A DNA stretch of 30,763 nucleotides from an uncultured Candidatus Saccharibacteria bacterium (GCA_964565285.1 CAZMDL010000015.1:1-30763), one strand, 5' to 3'; positions 9,966 through 19,649 are shown, counted from the first letter of the stretch. Notes: generated by a model not told the origin, from the letters alone. Program-made: numbers and translations.

Positions 9966-11879
9966 TTATATATAGACTATTTTATCCTCATTCCCTCCAC
10001 CTGTTTCAAGCATCATTAGGTAATCTGGTATATCACTTAAGAATTCGCTTGGTGTATTTACACATCTCGCACCAAATATTGTTCTAAAAGAGGTGTAAGA
10101 TAAGAATAATTTATGTTCTGCTCTTGTAAGCGCTACGTAGAATAACCTCCTTTCTTCTTCAGGGTCACCATCTTTTTTTGTATCTCGTGACTGAGGAAAA
10201 AGATCTTGTTCTAGTCCTGCTATAAAAACATATTTAAATTCAAGGCCTTTTGAAGCATGAACTGTCATAAGTCTTACGCCGTTTGTTTTTTCGGTTTTAT
10301 GCATTAGGCTGTCTTGATCGCTTGCTAAAGAGGCATCAGTAAGTAATGCATCTACTCCTTCTTCATCTAGTTCATCATATTTTAACGATAAACTAACTAA
10401 TTCTTGTATGTTTGAAAGGCGTTCTAGATCTTCTTCTGTTCCATTTGTTTTTAATTCATTTTCAATCCCACTCTTTTTGATTATAAATTTTATTGTCTCG
10501 GATACACTATTTGTGTGGCTATATTCTTCTATTTCATTAAGAAGATTATAAAAATTATCTATTTTTATTTTCATTGCTTGCGGTAAAGAATCTTTCATTC
10601 CAGAAAAGAGTTTTATTATTGTTGTTTTACCGATTCCACGAGTTGGAACATTTATAATTCTTTTTATATCTGAAAGTCCTTCTTTATTCCTTGATGCTCG
10701 TAAATATGCTAATACATCTTTAACCTCTTTACGCTCAAAGAACTTAACTCCAAGTACTTGGTATGGTAAGCCTTGTCTTATAAAAGATTCTTCAAGCACA
10801 CGTGATTGGAAATTAGCTCTATATAATACTGCTATATTTTCTGGTTTTACTCCTTCATTTAAAAGATTTGATACTTTATTTGCAATGAACTTTCCTTCTG
10901 CATATTCGTCAAATGCTTCATATAATGAAATAGCTTCCCCTATTTCATTTTCTGTGAATAAATGTTTATCTGCACGGTATTGGTTCTTTTTTATTATTGT
11001 ATTGGCTGCTTCAATTATATTTTTTGTTGAACGGTAATTTTGTTCTAGCATTATTATCTTAGCTTTTGGGTAATCTTTTTCAAAATGAAGCATGTTTTTT
11101 ATATTTGCTCCACGCCAGCTGTAAATATTTTGATCTGTGTCACCTACAACACAAATATTTTCTTTCTCACTTACGAGTAATTTAACTAATTCGTATTGAA
11201 CTTCGTTCGTATCTTGGTACTCATCAATATGTATGTACTCGAATCTTTTATTGTATTCTTTTTTTATTTCAGGGTGTTTTTTTAGTAATTGAACACTTTT
11301 TAGTAATAAATCATCAAAGTCTAAACTTCCTTCATTTTTTAATGATTCGTCGTATATTTTCCATACTTTTAAAACAACTTCCTCAAAAGAAGATTGTATT
11401 TTTAATGAAAAATCTTCATGACTAACAAAATCACCTTTTAATCTTGAAATCACACTACGTATTTTTCTTGGTTCGTATTGTTTTGGATCTAAGTCTAGCT
11501 TTTTTAAAGCTTCTTTTATTATTGAAATTGTGTCGCCATCATCTGCGATAGAAAAGTATTTTGATATACCAACTAATTCTGAATTTTCTTTTAATATTCT
11601 TACTCCTAATCCATGAAAAGTTACAATTAGTGGCAATGAGCCGTAATCTTTACCATCTAAAAGCTTTATTGTTCTTTCTCGCATTTCATTTGCAGCTTTA
11701 TTTGTAAAGGTTACTGCAAGTATATTATGTGGCAATATTCCTTTATGTATTAAATATAAAATTCTATAAGTAAGTGTTTTTGTTTTTCCTGCTCCTGCTC
11801 CTGCGACAATAAGAAGCGGTCCTTCCGTTTGGAGGACCGCTTCTTTTTGTTGTGTATTTAGATCGTTTAGATAGTTCAT
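9966..11879 (-). CDS. pcrA: ATP-dependent DNA helicase PcrA/UvrD family
   Basis: SF1A motifs AGAGAGKT, DEYQDTN, VGDTDQNIYSWRGA, LEQNYRS, MTVHASKGLEF and EERRLFYVALTRA. The C-terminus is short. Confidence 0.93.
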   Translation of the reverse strand: MNYLNDLNTQQKEAVLQTEGPLLIVAGAGAGKTKTLTYRILYLIHKGILPHNILAVTFTNKAANEMRERTIKLLDGKDYGSLPLIVTFHGLGVRILKENSELVGISKYFSIADDGDTISIIKEALKKLDLDPKQYEPRKIRSVISRLKGDFVSHEDFSLKIQSSFEEVVLKVWKIYDESLKNEGSLDFDDLLLKSVQLLKKHPEIKKEYNKRFEYIHIDEYQDTNEVQYELVKLLVSEKENICVVGDTDQNIYSWRGANIKNMLHFEKDYPKAKIIMLEQNYRSTKNIIEAANTIIKKNQYRADKHLFTENEIGEAISLYEAFDEYAEGKFIANKVSNLLNEGVKPENIAVLYRANFQSRVLEESFIRQGLPYQVLGVKFFERKEVKDVLAYLRASRNKEGLSDIKRIINVPTRGIGKTTIIKLFSGMKDSLPQAMKIKIDNFYNLLNEIEEYSHTNSVSETIKFIIKKSGIENELKTNGTEEDLERLSNIQELVSLSLKYDELDEEGVDALLTDASLASDQDSLMHKTEKTNGVRLMTVHASKGLEFKYVFIAGLEQDLFPQSRDTKKDGDPEEERRLFYVALTRAEHKLFLSYTSFRTIFGARCVNTPSEFLSDIPDYLMMLETGGGNEDKIVYI

Positions 11880-11904
11880 TGCTATCTATTATACATCTAT
11901 TTTT

Positions 11905-12213
11905 TTAGTTTCCAATATTTGCCATTGTTTGATTAGCTTTTTCTTTAAAAGCTAAGGCTTCTTCTGCAACGATTTGTTCAAATCCTGGGATATTTTCTAC
12001 AAGAAAAGCAAAAATCATATCTGGATCGGCATTGTTGTTTAATATTGTTTCAAATTTTTCTAAATCTTTTTCTTCTACTCTTTCCATGGCACGCATCAAT
12101 GATCCTTGAAAAATTAATGCCCCAATTTGGGAAATCAATTCTTCTTGTACTTCAGGTGAAGCTGCTTCGATTCCAAATGATTTTATAATGATATTTTTTA
12201 CTTCGTTGTTCAT
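11905..12213 (-). CDS. Small acidic helical protein, DUF5663-like
   Basis: 102-aa ORF tightly spaced in a co-directional run. The pattern (FGIEAASPEVQEELISQIG...FAFLVENIPGFEQIVAEE) resembles a CPR family from memory only. Confidence 0.6.
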   Translation of the reverse strand: MNNEVKNIIIKSFGIEAASPEVQEELISQIGALIFQGSLMRAMERVEEKDLEKFETILNNNADPDMIFAFLVENIPGFEQIVAEEALAFKEKANQTMANIGN

Positions 12214-12248
12214 ATATTTTTTGCTTAAAGCAATAGTAAATTAATAAT

Positions 12249-14372
12249 TTAGAATCCTAACCAATTTAAAAACCTTTGCACCTTCCCAATTTTACGATCT
12301 GCATTGTATTCATCAAGTCTCCAGTTTCTTGTTTTTTCTCCTACTGTTGTCTCTGTTTCATTTGTACTTGTGTTTTCTGTGTTTGTTGTTTGTTTACCAC
12401 TTTTTCTCCATTTATTGAATTCTTCTGTTTTGTCTTCGCTGGATCCATCGTCATCTATGTGCTCGTTATCAGTATTTGTAGTATTTTCAGGATTATTGTG
12501 ATTCAAATTATTATCAATATTTTCACTACTTGGTTTATTATCTATATTTAATTTTTCTGTTCCTACTTTAACTTCTACATTTTGCCCATGGTTTCCATCT
12601 TCAAGATTTACTTTTGTTTTATCCCAATTGTATTCATATTTGTCTTGCATTGATTTATCTTCGAAGTTTTGACCAAATGCATGAACTTCTTTGCCGTGTA
12701 TATGGTCACCTGCTTCGTATTCTGTAACCTTGAAATTTTCATGGTCAAGAAGGTAAGCTGTGCCTTTTGTTGCTACGCGGACTTCATTACCATTACTGTC
12801 TATATATCCAAACTTTTGTCCAAGTTTACTGTAGAAATCTGCACTATGTATATCTCCATGGTAGCCCATTTTGTCTGCCATACTTTGAGCCCAATCATCA
12901 TGACCTTCAAGTTGTGCTTTAAGTGCCCAAGTGATTCCTGTGTGTCCTGGTTCACCTGTTACTATTGCATTTGGATCAAATCCTGTTTGTGGAGGAGTCG
13001 GAACTGGTGGTTCGTGTGGAATTGGTGATGGAACCGGTGTTGGATGCTGGAACATATCTGTATGTCCGATACCATACCCCACAATTGCTCCTGTTAAGAT
13101 TCTTCCAATCATTTGCTTCTTTCTCATACTTGCCATGCGGTTATTGTATTCAGAAAGAGTTTTTTGATACCCTGCTTGCGCTGTTTTAAATGAATCTTCA
13201 CTCCAGCCCATTTTAGTAAGCATTTCTTTTGAATGTTCTGTTCCTGTAGCGAGTTGATCTTTGATGTATGGTTCATGAACACGGCGGATTCCTGATGCTA
13301 CTGTTTCGCTCGCTGCTACGCTTATTGCTGTTCTTCCAAGCTTACTACCAAGATATGCTCCAAGAATACCTACTCCACCTGTAGTAACTGCAATTGTTCC
13401 ACCAACAGCTGTTGAAAGTAATATTCCATATAGGCGACGTTTTGCTGGAGAAAGTTTTCCATACCAATCCATCATTTGGCGCATCACGCCCTTTTCTTTT
13501 GGAGTCATTGCTTCTACGTTTTTCTTTTGTAGGAGTGCTTCTTCGTCTACTACTAACTGTTTGAATATAACTTCAGCTTTGAATTGTTCCATTTTGGTTT
13601 TCAATTCTGCTGGTGTTATATCTGGATTTTCTTGTTTTAATGAAATTTCTTTATTTGCGTAAAGTTCATTACCATATGCATATAATGATTTTTCATATTT
13701 TGATTTTAGTTCTGTAAGTTTCTCTGGAGTTTTTGGCATTTCATTTGGTTTAAGCCAAAATGTTTTACGTAGCCAGTTTACTCTTCCTGCTTTACGTAGT
13801 TCTTTTAAATGTTTTGCATTTTCTGCTACATAAGCATTGCGGTCTTGTTCGAGAGTAGCTTTTGCGCCTTCTTTTTGTTCGGGTGTTTGATTTGGATTTT
13901 CTTCTTCCCCTTCTTGTTCTTTTGCTAGTTTTTGTAGAGTCTTTGCTTCGGCAAGAATAGCATCACGTTCTACGTTTAATTCATCTTTTTGTGATTCCAA
14001 ATTTTTTTTCTTTTCTGGGTCTTTCTCAGCATCAATTTCAACTAATTTTGCTGCTATTTTTTTATTTATTTCATCTAGACGCGCTTTTATTTTATCTACA
14101 TCTTCTTGGGTAACTTTTTTCTTCTCAGGTTCTTTGGCTGGTTCTTTCTTATCTTCTCCAGTAACTTCTGTCATTATTTTATCTATTTCTTCTTCACTTA
14201 GATTTAAGTCTTTAGTGCCACGCAAAGTAGCTTTTATCTGCTCATCAGATAGCTTCTTTTCTTTTAATTCATTTCTTAAATCAAGTGCTTTTTGGCGTAG
14301 AGCTTCACCCTTTTTTAACTCTTCGTTTATTGCATTCAATTCTTTTTCGTTCTCACTTACTGGATTTTCCAT
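12249..14372 (-). CDS. Large coiled-coil protein with a central Gly-rich hydrophobic hairpin
   Basis: 707-aa ORF with an E/K-rich heptad N-terminal half, hydrophobic segments GILLSTAVGGTIAVTTGGVGILGAYLG and GRILTGAIVGYGIG, a Pro-rich linker and an acidic Asn/Thr tail. No signal peptide. Confidence 0.7.
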   Translation of the reverse strand: MENPVSENEKELNAINEELKKGEALRQKALDLRNELKEKKLSDEQIKATLRGTKDLNLSEEEIDKIMTEVTGEDKKEPAKEPEKKKVTQEDVDKIKARLDEINKKIAAKLVEIDAEKDPEKKKNLESQKDELNVERDAILAEAKTLQKLAKEQEGEEENPNQTPEQKEGAKATLEQDRNAYVAENAKHLKELRKAGRVNWLRKTFWLKPNEMPKTPEKLTELKSKYEKSLYAYGNELYANKEISLKQENPDITPAELKTKMEQFKAEVIFKQLVVDEEALLQKKNVEAMTPKEKGVMRQMMDWYGKLSPAKRRLYGILLSTAVGGTIAVTTGGVGILGAYLGSKLGRTAISVAASETVASGIRRVHEPYIKDQLATGTEHSKEMLTKMGWSEDSFKTAQAGYQKTLSEYNNRMASMRKKQMIGRILTGAIVGYGIGHTDMFQHPTPVPSPIPHEPPVPTPPQTGFDPNAIVTGEPGHTGITWALKAQLEGHDDWAQSMADKMGYHGDIHSADFYSKLGQKFGYIDSNGNEVRVATKGTAYLLDHENFKVTEYEAGDHIHGKEVHAFGQNFEDKSMQDKYEYNWDKTKVNLEDGNHGQNVEVKVGTEKLNIDNKPSSENIDNNLNHNNPENTTNTDNEHIDDDGSSEDKTEEFNKWRKSGKQTTNTENTSTNETETTVGEKTRNWRLDEYNADRKIGKVQRFLNWLGF

Positions 14373-14398
14373 TTTTTAGATTTTTATTTTTATTAATA

Positions 14399-15823
14399 TT
14401 ACGACTTTTTTTGTTTATTATAATTTTCTATTACTTTTTGTATTTGTTCTGGATTTAATTTAAATTCTCTCTTCAATGCTTGTGCTCCTAGTGTTCCGTC
14501 TTTTTTTAACAATTTATCTGCTACTTCTTGATTTATATCCGCACTTATTCCTAGATCTTTAAGTATGTTTATCAATAATTCTTTTTCTAGTTTTCCGTTT
14601 TTTACTTCGATGATTTGTAAGTCTGGGGTCATTAATGGTGGTATTTCTTTTGTTTCAGCATCCTCTTTCTTTGTATTTTCTTTTTCTTTGGCTATCAATT
14701 CTTCCAATTCTTTTTTGCGAGCAAGTAAATCTGGAAGTTTTTTACTGAACTCTGAGTATTCTTTAAATGTGTTTACGAACTCAGTCATTATTTGTTCCAC
14801 ATTCCTCTCTTTGTTTTCTTTTGTTTCAGTCTCCTCTTTCTTTATATTTTTTTGCTCTTTTATTTCCTTTATTAAATGTTGAATTTTTGGAATTGTAATT
14901 TGATTTGTTTTACTTGCTGGATTTTCTGTTTGTATTTCTGCAATTAGTTTTTGGTTACGACGAAACAAGCGAGTAACTTTGTAATTATTCTCACCTTTTT
15001 CTTTAAATTCTTTATTTAACTTTTCTACTAGTTTTTCGTTTTTTGTATGTAAAAATTCATCCCCTATTTTTAATTTAAAATCAGAATAGTATATTTCTTT
15101 TACAGGTAGTTCAAGTTTTAGTGTGTCTGCCTTTTTTAAATTGTCTTCATATTCTTTGATGCCTATTAAAGATTCATTTATTTTTTCTTTTGTAGATTCT
15201 TTTGGATCTTCTTCTAATTCACGTTCTAAGTTTTGTTTGTTTAATTTATATGCATCAGATATCCATCTGTATGGATCTGTTTCAAATATTTTTAGTCTTG
15301 TTTCACTTTCATTTCTAGCTTCTTGTCCTGTTGCGCTAGAAAATTCTTCTGTTAGTTTTGCTCTCCATTTTGTAGTATTAAATTCGAGAGATTTTAATAT
15401 GGCTTCTTTTTCAGCACTATTTTCTGCTCCCCCATTAGGGTTTACATCAGGTGTTTTCATGTCTTTTATTGTACCATTATTATTTTCTGGCGCTAAGCGT
15501 TTTGTTGCTTTTACTGTGGATTTAGCTTCTGCCGCCCAGACTGCTTTATCGATGGTTACCGTAGGTTCTGGATTTATTTGTTTTATTTTACTACTCCGTA
15601 ACCTCTCTTGTTTTATTTTAGGTATTACTACTTTCTCAAAAAAATCTACCACTTTTATCTGTTCACCGTTCCAGTTTGCTGCGTACCTTTCTGCCCTCTT
15701 TTTACGCATATCTTTAAGCTCTATTTCTAGGGCTTTCTCGTCTATAAATTCTTCATCCTTATTGTTTGCTTCTAGTTTAGATTTTATCTCGTTTAACTTT
15801 GAGATGTCTTCAGGTTTAAACAT
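14399..15823 (-). CDS. Charged coiled-coil hypothetical protein
   Basis: 474-aa E/K-rich ORF with no hydrophobic segment, preceded by a clear promoter. Confidence 0.7.
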   Translation of the reverse strand: MFKPEDISKLNEIKSKLEANNKDEEFIDEKALEIELKDMRKKRAERYAANWNGEQIKVVDFFEKVVIPKIKQERLRSSKIKQINPEPTVTIDKAVWAAEAKSTVKATKRLAPENNNGTIKDMKTPDVNPNGGAENSAEKEAILKSLEFNTTKWRAKLTEEFSSATGQEARNESETRLKIFETDPYRWISDAYKLNKQNLERELEEDPKESTKEKINESLIGIKEYEDNLKKADTLKLELPVKEIYYSDFKLKIGDEFLHTKNEKLVEKLNKEFKEKGENNYKVTRLFRRNQKLIAEIQTENPASKTNQITIPKIQHLIKEIKEQKNIKKEETETKENKERNVEQIMTEFVNTFKEYSEFSKKLPDLLARKKELEELIAKEKENTKKEDAETKEIPPLMTPDLQIIEVKNGKLEKELLINILKDLGISADINQEVADKLLKKDGTLGAQALKREFKLNPEQIQKVIENYNKQKKS

Positions 15824-15829
15824 GCTTAA

Positions 15830-15859
15830 ATTTTAACATTTAATAATTAAACTTGTCAA
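15830..15859 (-). promoter_or_regulatory. Sigma70-type promoter for the 474-aa gene (leaderless spacing)
   Basis: TTGACA (15854-15859), 18-nt spacer, extended -10 TGT-TAAAAT (15830-15838), then 6 nt to the ATG. Confidence 0.7.
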
Positions 15860-15903
15860 TATGTCAATTTTGTGGTGTCATTGGGTGACTGTGTATAGCT
15901 CTG

Positions 15904-15932
15904 TTGACTTGATTTCTTATCTGGGCTACGCT
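15904..15932 (+). promoter_or_regulatory. Sigma70-type promoter for the LysM-M23 gene
   Basis: TTGACT (15904-15909), 17-nt spacer, TACGCT (15927-15932). It lies inside the ORF-track 5' extension, which argues that the true start is downstream. Confidence 0.5.
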
Positions 15933-16022
15933 TTATATATAGAGGGCTATGGATGCCCAATATCGATACAGAACAGTACCACGCTTCATATTTCTAGCCG
16001 AGCAGAAAATCAATATTATCTT

Positions 16023-17333
16023 ATGCAAAATACTACAATTAAAAAGGTCATTACGCGCACTTATGCTTTAATTTCTGCCGTTATGACTAAAATATCTTTA
16101 TTTTTCAAGCCTATTATAATGAAGGCTTGTTTCTCTTTTGTTATTATTTTGTCTATTATATTGCTTCCTATAAAAGCCCATGCAGGGTTTTTATCTTTTA
16201 TGGGTGATTTATTGGGTACACAGACAAGTGCGGCAGAGGTTACTCCTGTTGAAAGTAATACTAAAAATTCTCAGACTATGACTCTACTTGAGCCATCTAT
16301 TACACCAGAACTTAAAAATACTATTAGTCAAGATTCTGTAGCTATAATTAAAGATCAGGTTCTTGAATCGACTAATGGCCCGTTGGGAACTGAAGCTGAT
16401 TTGGGTTATGAAGCATATACTTCTACTTCTAAGCTTGGGGTTCATATTGTTAAAGCTGGTGAAACATTGGCTTCTATAGCTAAAAAAGAAAAAGTCTCAA
16501 CTTACGCTATCGTATATGCCAATAGTGACATAAAACGTAGTGACCTTACAAAAGTAGGTACTGCTCTTACTATTATTCCTCTTGATGGAAGTGCTTATAC
16601 AGTAAAAAGGGGTGAAACTGCAAGTTCTATTGCTCAAAAATATGGTCTTTCTGTAAATGATATATTGGAATATAACGTTTTAAGTAAAGCAAGTGATATT
16701 GATGCTGGTGAAACAATTTTCCTTGTTGGTACATCTAAGGCTGAGATTGAAAAGGCTAATCGTCTTGCGATAGAAAAGGATAAAATAGCAAAACAAGCTA
16801 AAATAAAGCCAACAGAAGAATCTTCCCCTGAAAAAACACCTGTTGTGGTGAGTGCTCCTGTTGAAAGTCCAGTTGTTCAAGCTGTTGTTCCTGTTGTAAA
16901 TAAGACTGAAGATGTAGCTCAAGGTCCATCTGGTGCTATCGCTAAAGGTTTTATCTGGCCATTCCCTGCTGGTGTAGGACGTGTTACTCAAAGACTTCAT
17001 GGTCCTAATGGTGTGGATTTAGGTGCTCCAAAAGGTACACCTATATATGCTGTTGCTGACGGTACGATACTTATTGCTGACGGTAATGGATGGAATGGAG
17101 GTTATGGATATTATGTTGTTGAGAATTTTAATGATGGAACTCAAGGTATGTATGCTCATATGAGTAAGGTTGTTGCTGACGCTGGAAGTCCTGTAAAACA
17201 AGGTGATTTGATTGGATATGTGGGTTCTACTGGTCGTTCTACTGGACCACATTTGCATTTCGAAAGACGTGGTGACGAAAATCCATTTAAGGATTTAAAA
17301 GTTAATAGTACATCTGATGATTTCCATGATTAA
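16023..17333 (+). CDS. LysM-domain M23 family peptidoglycan metallopeptidase
   Basis: Signal peptide ending AHA, two LysM repeats (HIVKAGETLASIA, YTVKRGETASSIA) and M23 zinc motifs HGPNGVD and HLH. The start is uncertain (16023, 16083 or 16119); the track start at 15861 is unlikely. Confidence 0.9.
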   Translation: MQNTTIKKVITRTYALISAVMTKISLFFKPIIMKACFSFVIILSIILLPIKAHAGFLSFMGDLLGTQTSAAEVTPVESNTKNSQTMTLLEPSITPELKNTISQDSVAIIKDQVLESTNGPLGTEADLGYEAYTSTSKLGVHIVKAGETLASIAKKEKVSTYAIVYANSDIKRSDLTKVGTALTIIPLDGSAYTVKRGETASSIAQKYGLSVNDILEYNVLSKASDIDAGETIFLVGTSKAEIEKANRLAIEKDKIAKQAKIKPTEESSPEKTPVVVSAPVESPVVQAVVPVVNKTEDVAQGPSGAIAKGFIWPFPAGVGRVTQRLHGPNGVDLGAPKGTPIYAVADGTILIADGNGWNGGYGYYVVENFNDGTQGMYAHMSKVVADAGSPVKQGDLIGYVGSTGRSTGPHLHFERRGDENPFKDLKVNSTSDDFHD

Positions 17334-17616
17334 AAAAATTATTACAATATTTATATTTGTTATATTTACCTTTACATCTATAGGAGGTTCTTTCCCCCGC
17401 ACCGTAGAAGCTGCAACTGCTAAAACAACCACAACAAAGAAATCTACTACAAAAAAAACAACTAAGAAAAAGGTTATTAAAAAGAAAAAAGAAAGATTGA
17501 TTTTAAACCCTCCTCTTATTACTCTTGATACTGCTCCACATTCCCCAAAACCAGTTACAAAAAAGAAGACAACAACCAAGAAAAAGGTTACAACAAAAAA
17601 GAAAGCAAATGCATAA
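17326..17616 (+). CDS. Small secreted Lys/Thr-rich basic protein
   Basis: ATG 17326 overlaps the M23 stop (ATGATTAA). Signal peptide ends VEA, followed by two K/T tracts around a Pro-rich core. A terminator follows directly. Confidence 0.65.
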   Translation: MIKKIITIFIFVIFTFTSIGGSFPRTVEAATAKTTTTKKSTTKKTTKKKVIKKKKERLILNPPLITLDTAPHSPKPVTKKKTTTKKKVTTKKKANA

Positions 17617-17649
17617 ATTAAAACCACCACAATTGTGGTGGTTTTAATT
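17616..17649. terminator. Bidirectional intrinsic terminator (34-bp perfect palindrome)
   Basis: AATTAAAACCACCACAA|TTGTGGTGGTTTTAATT lies between convergent genes. Confidence 0.8.
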
Positions 17650-19215
17650 ATTTACCTTCGGTCTATACTGCAGTGCTTCTAGTATGTGCGAAGTAGAAAT
17701 ATGTTCACTTCCTTCGAGATCCGCAATAGTGCGAGCAAGTTTGATAGTACGGTGGTATGCGCGGGCGGAGAGCTCTAGGCGCTCTGCACTTTGGTTTAGT
17801 ATTTGTTTTACTTCTTCTGAGAGCGGAGCGAATGTATTTAATTCTTTTACATTCATTTCGCTATTTGTTTTTATTTTTCTTGTGGCTTTTTTAAATCTTT
17901 TTTCTTGAATTTCTCTTGCTTTTAATACTCTTTCTTTAATTGTATTAGTTTTTTCTCCATGTGTTTCATTTGAAGAAAGTTTGTCATAGTCTACAGCACC
18001 TACTGTTACCCAAATATCTACTCTATCCATTATTGGTCCTGAAAGTTTTCTTTTATATCTATCAAGATCCATTTGTTTACATATACAAGCTTTTTGTTTG
18101 TTTCCTTTATGTCCGCACGGGCAGGGGTTCATGGCTGCAACGAGAATAAAGTTTGACGGAAACATTGGAGATCCTCTAGCTCGTGATATGGATACTATAT
18201 TGTCTTCAAGTGGTTGGCGTAGCGATTCTAAAACACGTTTTTCAAATTCTGGAAATTCATCAAGGAACAAAACACCTTTATGTGCTAGAGTTACTTCTCC
18301 TGGTTTTGGGTTTGCTCCACCGCCAATCATAGATACATATGAAGCAGTATGATGAGGAGATCGAAATGGAGGTTCAGTTATTAGTGCTTCTTCTAGCATT
18401 CCTACTATAGAATGTATTCCTGTTATTTCTAGAATATCATCAGTATCTAAATCAGGAAGTATATGTGAAAAAACTCGAGCAAGCATTGTTTTCCCTGTGC
18501 CGGGTGGTCCACTCATTGCAATATTGTGCCCACCGGCGGCAGCAATTTCGAGTCCACGCTTTGCTCCTTCTTGCCCACGAATATCAGAGAAATCTATTTG
18601 ATGAATTTTTTCTTTATGTATTATTTCTGTTTTTATTTGTGGTTGAAGTTTAGGTCGTTCTGGCTCCAAGGCTTCACCTTTTTTGTTATATCTTATTTTG
18701 TATATATGGTCGATTACTTCTCTTAGAGTTCGTGCACCGTATACTGTAATTCCTTCAACTAGTGCCGCTTCGCGTGCATTATCTATAGGTACAAATATTT
18801 CTTTATAACCATTCCTTTTTGCTTCTTGTGTAAGTGGCAAGGCTCCTTTTATGGGTTGTAGTTCTCCGTTTAAAGATAGTTCTCCTAAAAATATTCTTTC
18901 TTCTGTATCAAAATCAATTTCTTCTGCGGAAAGCAGGTATGCAAGTGCTATACCTAGATCAAAATATGCTCCTTCCTTTTTTAAATCTGCCGGAGAAAGA
19001 GATATTACAACTTTTTGGTTTTGATTTTTAGGAGAATTATATCCTGAGTTTTTTAGAGCAGAACTCATTCGATCTTTTGCTTCATCTACAGCTTTATCTG
19101 GTAATCCCACAACAGTAAATGCATGTAGAGCTCCTTTAGTAATATCCACTTCTATTGTGACTATTTTCCCTTTCAAAAGATGCGGTTGTGCCGCATGCAC
19201 TCTTGAGAACGACAT
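17644..19215 (-). CDS. comM: ComM/YifB family Mg-chelatase-like AAA+ ATPase
   Basis: Lon-like N-terminus (VVGLPDKAVDEAKDR), Walker A GPPGTGKT, Walker B LFLDEF, CPCG...CIC zinc site and LSARAYHRTIKLARTIADL. Confidence 0.93.
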   Translation of the reverse strand: MSFSRVHAAQPHLLKGKIVTIEVDITKGALHAFTVVGLPDKAVDEAKDRMSSALKNSGYNSPKNQNQKVVISLSPADLKKEGAYFDLGIALAYLLSAEEIDFDTEERIFLGELSLNGELQPIKGALPLTQEAKRNGYKEIFVPIDNAREAALVEGITVYGARTLREVIDHIYKIRYNKKGEALEPERPKLQPQIKTEIIHKEKIHQIDFSDIRGQEGAKRGLEIAAAGGHNIAMSGPPGTGKTMLARVFSHILPDLDTDDILEITGIHSIVGMLEEALITEPPFRSPHHTASYVSMIGGGANPKPGEVTLAHKGVLFLDEFPEFEKRVLESLRQPLEDNIVSISRARGSPMFPSNFILVAAMNPCPCGHKGNKQKACICKQMDLDRYKRKLSGPIMDRVDIWVTVGAVDYDKLSSNETHGEKTNTIKERVLKAREIQEKRFKKATRKIKTNSEMNVKELNTFAPLSEEVKQILNQSAERLELSARAYHRTIKLARTIADLEGSEHISTSHILEALQYRPKVNN

Positions 19216-19225
19216 AATATAATTA

Positions 19226-19264
19226 TAACAAAAAACTCTGGAATAATTCCAGAGTTTTTTGTTA
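19226..19264 (-). terminator. Intrinsic terminator after the DksA-like gene
   Basis: 19-bp perfect arms TAACAAAAAACTCTGGAAT / ATTCCAGAGTTTTTTGTTA around 1 nt. It overlaps the comM extended -10. Confidence 0.75.
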
Positions 19265-19269
19265 ATTAT

Positions 19270-19611
19270 TTACATACAAGATTTACATGTTGCAGCGCTT
19301 GGGTTTGCTTCAAGTCTGTCTTCTTCGATTTCGTTTCCACATTCCTCACAGAACCCGTATCTATCTGTTTCTATTTTTATTAATGCTTTTTCTATAGAAG
19401 AAAGTCTCTTTGAAAGTTCATTTACTATGGCTGTGCGCTCTTCATATTCTTCGTTGTGATCAGCTTGGTCATTCATATCTGATTCTTGGGGGCGGTTTTC
19501 TTCTGGAATCGCATCCCAAATACCAGTTTGATCATTTTTTTTCGCTATACCATTTAAATCGTTTTCGATTTGAACTTTTTCTATTTCTAATTTTTCTTTA
19601 TGTGTATTCAT
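19270..19611 (-). CDS. TraR/DksA C4-type zinc finger protein
   Basis: Coiled-coil tip DMNDQA (DxxDxA) and CEEC...NPSAATCKSC zinc finger. Confidence 0.88.
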   Translation of the reverse strand: MNTHKEKLEIEKVQIENDLNGIAKKNDQTGIWDAIPEENRPQESDMNDQADHNEEYEERTAIVNELSKRLSSIEKALIKIETDRYGFCEECGNEIEEDRLEANPSAATCKSCM

Positions 19612-19649
19612 GTCTTAATTTTATCACTCTTATTTAAACAAGCAAATAA

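Noticed and set aside
15861-16022. ORF-track N-terminal extension of the M23 gene (and similar extensions of rpsO, the recombinase, cca and the 127-aa ORF)
   Set aside because: The extensions overlap promoters or a tRNA and lack family-like sequence; downstream ATGs fit better.
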